NCBI GenBank assembly: GCA_905178155.1
Contig: CAJINV010000002.1
Coordinates: 8,327,224-8,391,223 of the forward strand
From: Amoebophrya sp. A120
Taxonomy: Eukaryota > Protista > Dinoflagellata
Reading direction: 5' to 3'
Length of the DNA stretch: 64,000 bases
Shown: in pieces, positions 61,775-64,000 of the stretch
How positions within the stretch are numbered: position 1 is the stretch's first letter
Layout: every line of letters begins with the position of its first letter
Notes under the pieces: model-generated
The model's database searches: none
Told to the model about the DNA's origin: nothing
The model's input: the letters and a program-made list of their open reading frames with translations, nothing else
Translations under genes and position numbers: made by a program

Positions 61775-63436
61775 TCACTCATCTGCAAGACGAGTGGTAA
61801 GACGAGTGCCACCACCCCGGCCATTCCTGAAGAATCCCGAACGCGCTACAAACGCCGCGTCCGTCAGCCACAGCGTGCCCTCATGGAGAAAAAAGCCTTG
61901 TGCGTCCACAGGCTGCACGCCGTAGAATCTGCGGCACCAATCGCTGAAGGCTTGAAAGAGGCGGAGAAAGTCCGGATTCTGTTCGCGTATATCCTTCTCG
62001 TACTGGACAAATGTTGGAAGAGCAGGCTCGAGCAGCCCGAGTTCGTTCGAGGGCTCGAACCGCACCAAGTACACCGGCAGATATGCAAGTCTAATCGGTG
62101 TGTCGCTCGTCTGTACGTCTTTAACATCTTGTCGACAATCATGAGCTGACGAGGGTGAAGCAGCTTCATTGTCCGACACCTCTCTGTTAAATTTCTCCGC
62201 CAACAGGATCGCAAGTTTTTGGTGTAGGTACGAGGTCCAGATGACGTCGCTTCGTTCGATGGGAGTTTCTTTCGTGGTCTCGTGGCAAAATTTCGCGACC
62301 CAGTGGTCACTACCTCCCGGCAGCCTGCTACTCCTGTCGTGGGCTTTCGTGCCGCCATGCGGCGGCGGCGAGGTGTGAAAATCTGTGTCGCTTTCCACGT
62401 TCGAAGATCCCAGCTGCGGAAGTCCCGGCTGGCGGTCGCAACGCTTGTCGTGGCAGCTCCACAAGGTTCCAGTTGATCCTCCGAAAATCGAACTCAAATC
62501 GTCTATCTCGAGATTCGAAAGTATGTTCGTACCCCGCCCTGTTCCTGAAAAGTAAATCATGCTTGAAGTAGGCGTCGCCGTCGGCGTGGTAGAAGTGCGC
62601 TCCTGCTTCCGGACCGAGGCAATCAGTTGCAGAATTTGCATCTCCGTGTCAATTATATCCTGATTCCGCGAGGACCGCCAGTAAAAAGTGCGGCTGAGAG
62701 CCTGGTCAGGAGCGAGGATGAGCTGGAGGTGCTGCAGGTCGTTTTCGTGTAGTCGAAACGCAGCTTTTGAGGCACCAAATCCGATAGGTTCAACAAGGGT
62801 CCGAAGCGGCTCCTGCTCATAACCGGGCAGCCTTGGGCGATAGGTATCGTCTGACTTTTGTCGTCTAATAACACAGTTACGTTGCGTGGGGGGCATAGGC
62901 ATTATAAAATCGCGACAGTTGCTTGTCCTGCTTGTCGGTGGCATCTTCAACAGCGCGTCGTCGCAACAACTCACAGCAGTGTAGCGGAGCTGCAGCGGAT
63001 GGCAAGGCGCGTAACTGTCAAAATGACTACACTGCGTTCCGCACTGCGATTGCACTTGCAGCTTTACAATCCGCGCGTCGACGGCATGACTAGATGAAGC
63101 CGTCGCATCGGAGGTAGGTAGCTGTGCCTCTGCTTGCGCTACCAACCCTGCGTCACTAAATTTACCTGCTTCATGTGGAGGGTGCACGAAAAAATTGCCT
63201 TGTCTTCGACGTTCGGTGATTCCACACAATGTTGTTGAGCCGGCAAGAAGGCCGCCAACGGCCTGCGGGTTAGCAAGTTTCTTGAGAGCCGCCGCGCCGA
63301 GCTGCGCTGCCATAACAACCACCGTGCTCGAGTTTAGAAGGAAAGAAAACAAAAGCGAACGGACGAGACCACGCCGCCGAGGCGATTGGGCATGTAGATA
63401 CACGTACATGGTTGACGTAGTTCTGCGGAAGATCAC
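61775..63436 (-). CDS. Divergent alpha-kinase (eEF2K/MHCK-like) domain protein
   Basis: PIGFGASKAAF, WVAKF, QKLAILLAEKFN, YLPVYLV, LLEPALP, FQAFSDW, VDAQG and LTDAAF match alpha-kinase subdomain order. Confidence 0.78.
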   Translation of the reverse strand: MIFRRTTSTMYVYLHAQSPRRRGLVRSLLFSFLLNSSTVVVMAAQLGAAALKKLANPQAVGGLLAGSTTLCGITERRRQGNFFVHPPHEAGKFSDAGLVAQAEAQLPTSDATASSSHAVDARIVKLQVQSQCGTQCSHFDSYAPCHPLQLRYTAVSCCDDALLKMPPTSRTSNCRDFIMPMPPTQRNCVIRRQKSDDTYRPRLPGYEQEPLRTLVEPIGFGASKAAFRLHENDLQHLQLILAPDQALSRTFYWRSSRNQDIIDTEMQILQLIASVRKQERTSTTPTATPTSSMIYFSGTGRGTNILSNLEIDDLSSIFGGSTGTLWSCHDKRCDRQPGLPQLGSSNVESDTDFHTSPPPHGGTKAHDRSSRLPGGSDHWVAKFCHETTKETPIERSDVIWTSYLHQKLAILLAEKFNREVSDNEAASPSSAHDCRQDVKDVQTSDTPIRLAYLPVYLVRFEPSNELGLLEPALPTFVQYEKDIREQNPDFLRLFQAFSDWCRRFYGVQPVDAQGFFLHEGTLWLTDAAFVARSGFFRNGRGGGTRLTTRLADE

Positions 63437-63750
63437 CCACCAAGACTCGCCACTGCTTCCTTGTGTGGCAGAATGGACGTGCCATTCGTGGAGTTACAGC
63501 CCGAATTTTGTTGCGGGACTTGCACTCAGTACGACGACACGCTACTACAAGCACTGAGGAAACTAGAAGTTCTAATCAATACTATTTGCTAAGGAAAAGG
63601 ATGAACAGGACCAGGACCACATATTACAAGCCTACGCATATACTTAGAAGTTCATAGTAGAACACTGAATCGTAATGAATCGTTCGAGCGGCGATGTGTT
63701 GCACTTGCAGGAGCTCTGACGTAAATCGGTTAGGCGTAGAAGTATGATGC

Positions 63751-64000
63751 TCACGATGAGTCTTCGTCATCTTGATCGTGGTCGTCGTCACCATTCTGTT
63801 TGTCTTGTATATTTTTCAATTCATCACCGGTAGCTGATGAGGCAGCCACTGTCATTGACAGCTTCTTTCGCGAGAATACAACTTCATTTCCTCTTTCTTC
63901 CGAAACAACATCAGCAAGTGCGCTTCCGCTTGTTTTTCTTTTCGGCCCGTCTCCCGCAACCGCACCTCCTGCCATGCCTGACGAGGAAGCTCCTATCGTG
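63751..64000 (-). CDS. Probable 3' part of a gene running off the window
   Basis: Open frame with acidic, low-complexity composition like neighbouring genes. Confidence 0.35.
   Translation of the reverse strand, partial: TIGASSSGMAGGAVAGDGPKRKTSGSALADVVSEERGNEVVFSRKKLSMTVAASSATGDELKNIQDKQNGDDDHDQDDEDSS

Noticed and set aside
1-64000. Numerous antisense and overlapping ORFs in the supplied track; rRNA, tRNA or spliced-leader genes
   Set aside because: The ORFs are shadows of GC-rich coding DNA, and I recognised no structural RNA gene by eye.

Overview
Eukaryotic, intron-rich DNA, most likely from a syndinian dinoflagellate such as Amoebophrya (inference from long low-complexity proteins, unidirectional gene blocks and abundant non-canonical introns). 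Genes up to ~44.2 kb lie on + and genes from ~46.4 kb lie on -. Recognisable products are a JmjC/cupin dioxygenase ending in REEL, a Ser/Thr kinase, a Gfo/Idh/MocA oxidoreductase, a GH16 glucanase, an SLC35/DMT transporter, a RING-CH E3 ligase and an alpha-kinase. The main feature is 27 inserted elements from several unrelated sequence families that share one architecture: mostly TA(T)...(A)TA ends, terminal inverted repeats (TIRs) and a 5-bp flanking direct repeat (perfect in 14). In 24 coding cases, removing the element plus 5 nt restores the reading frame, so they behave as introner-type non-GT-AG introns. The same architecture occurs in a 3.7-kb intergenic element full of palindromes. A 1.2-kb TIR element with a 45-bp exon duplication sits in the kinase gene. 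A ~960-bp AT-rich tract with no GpC dinucleotide lies at the convergent strand switch. All gene models and coordinates were worked out by eye and need RNA-seq confirmation.
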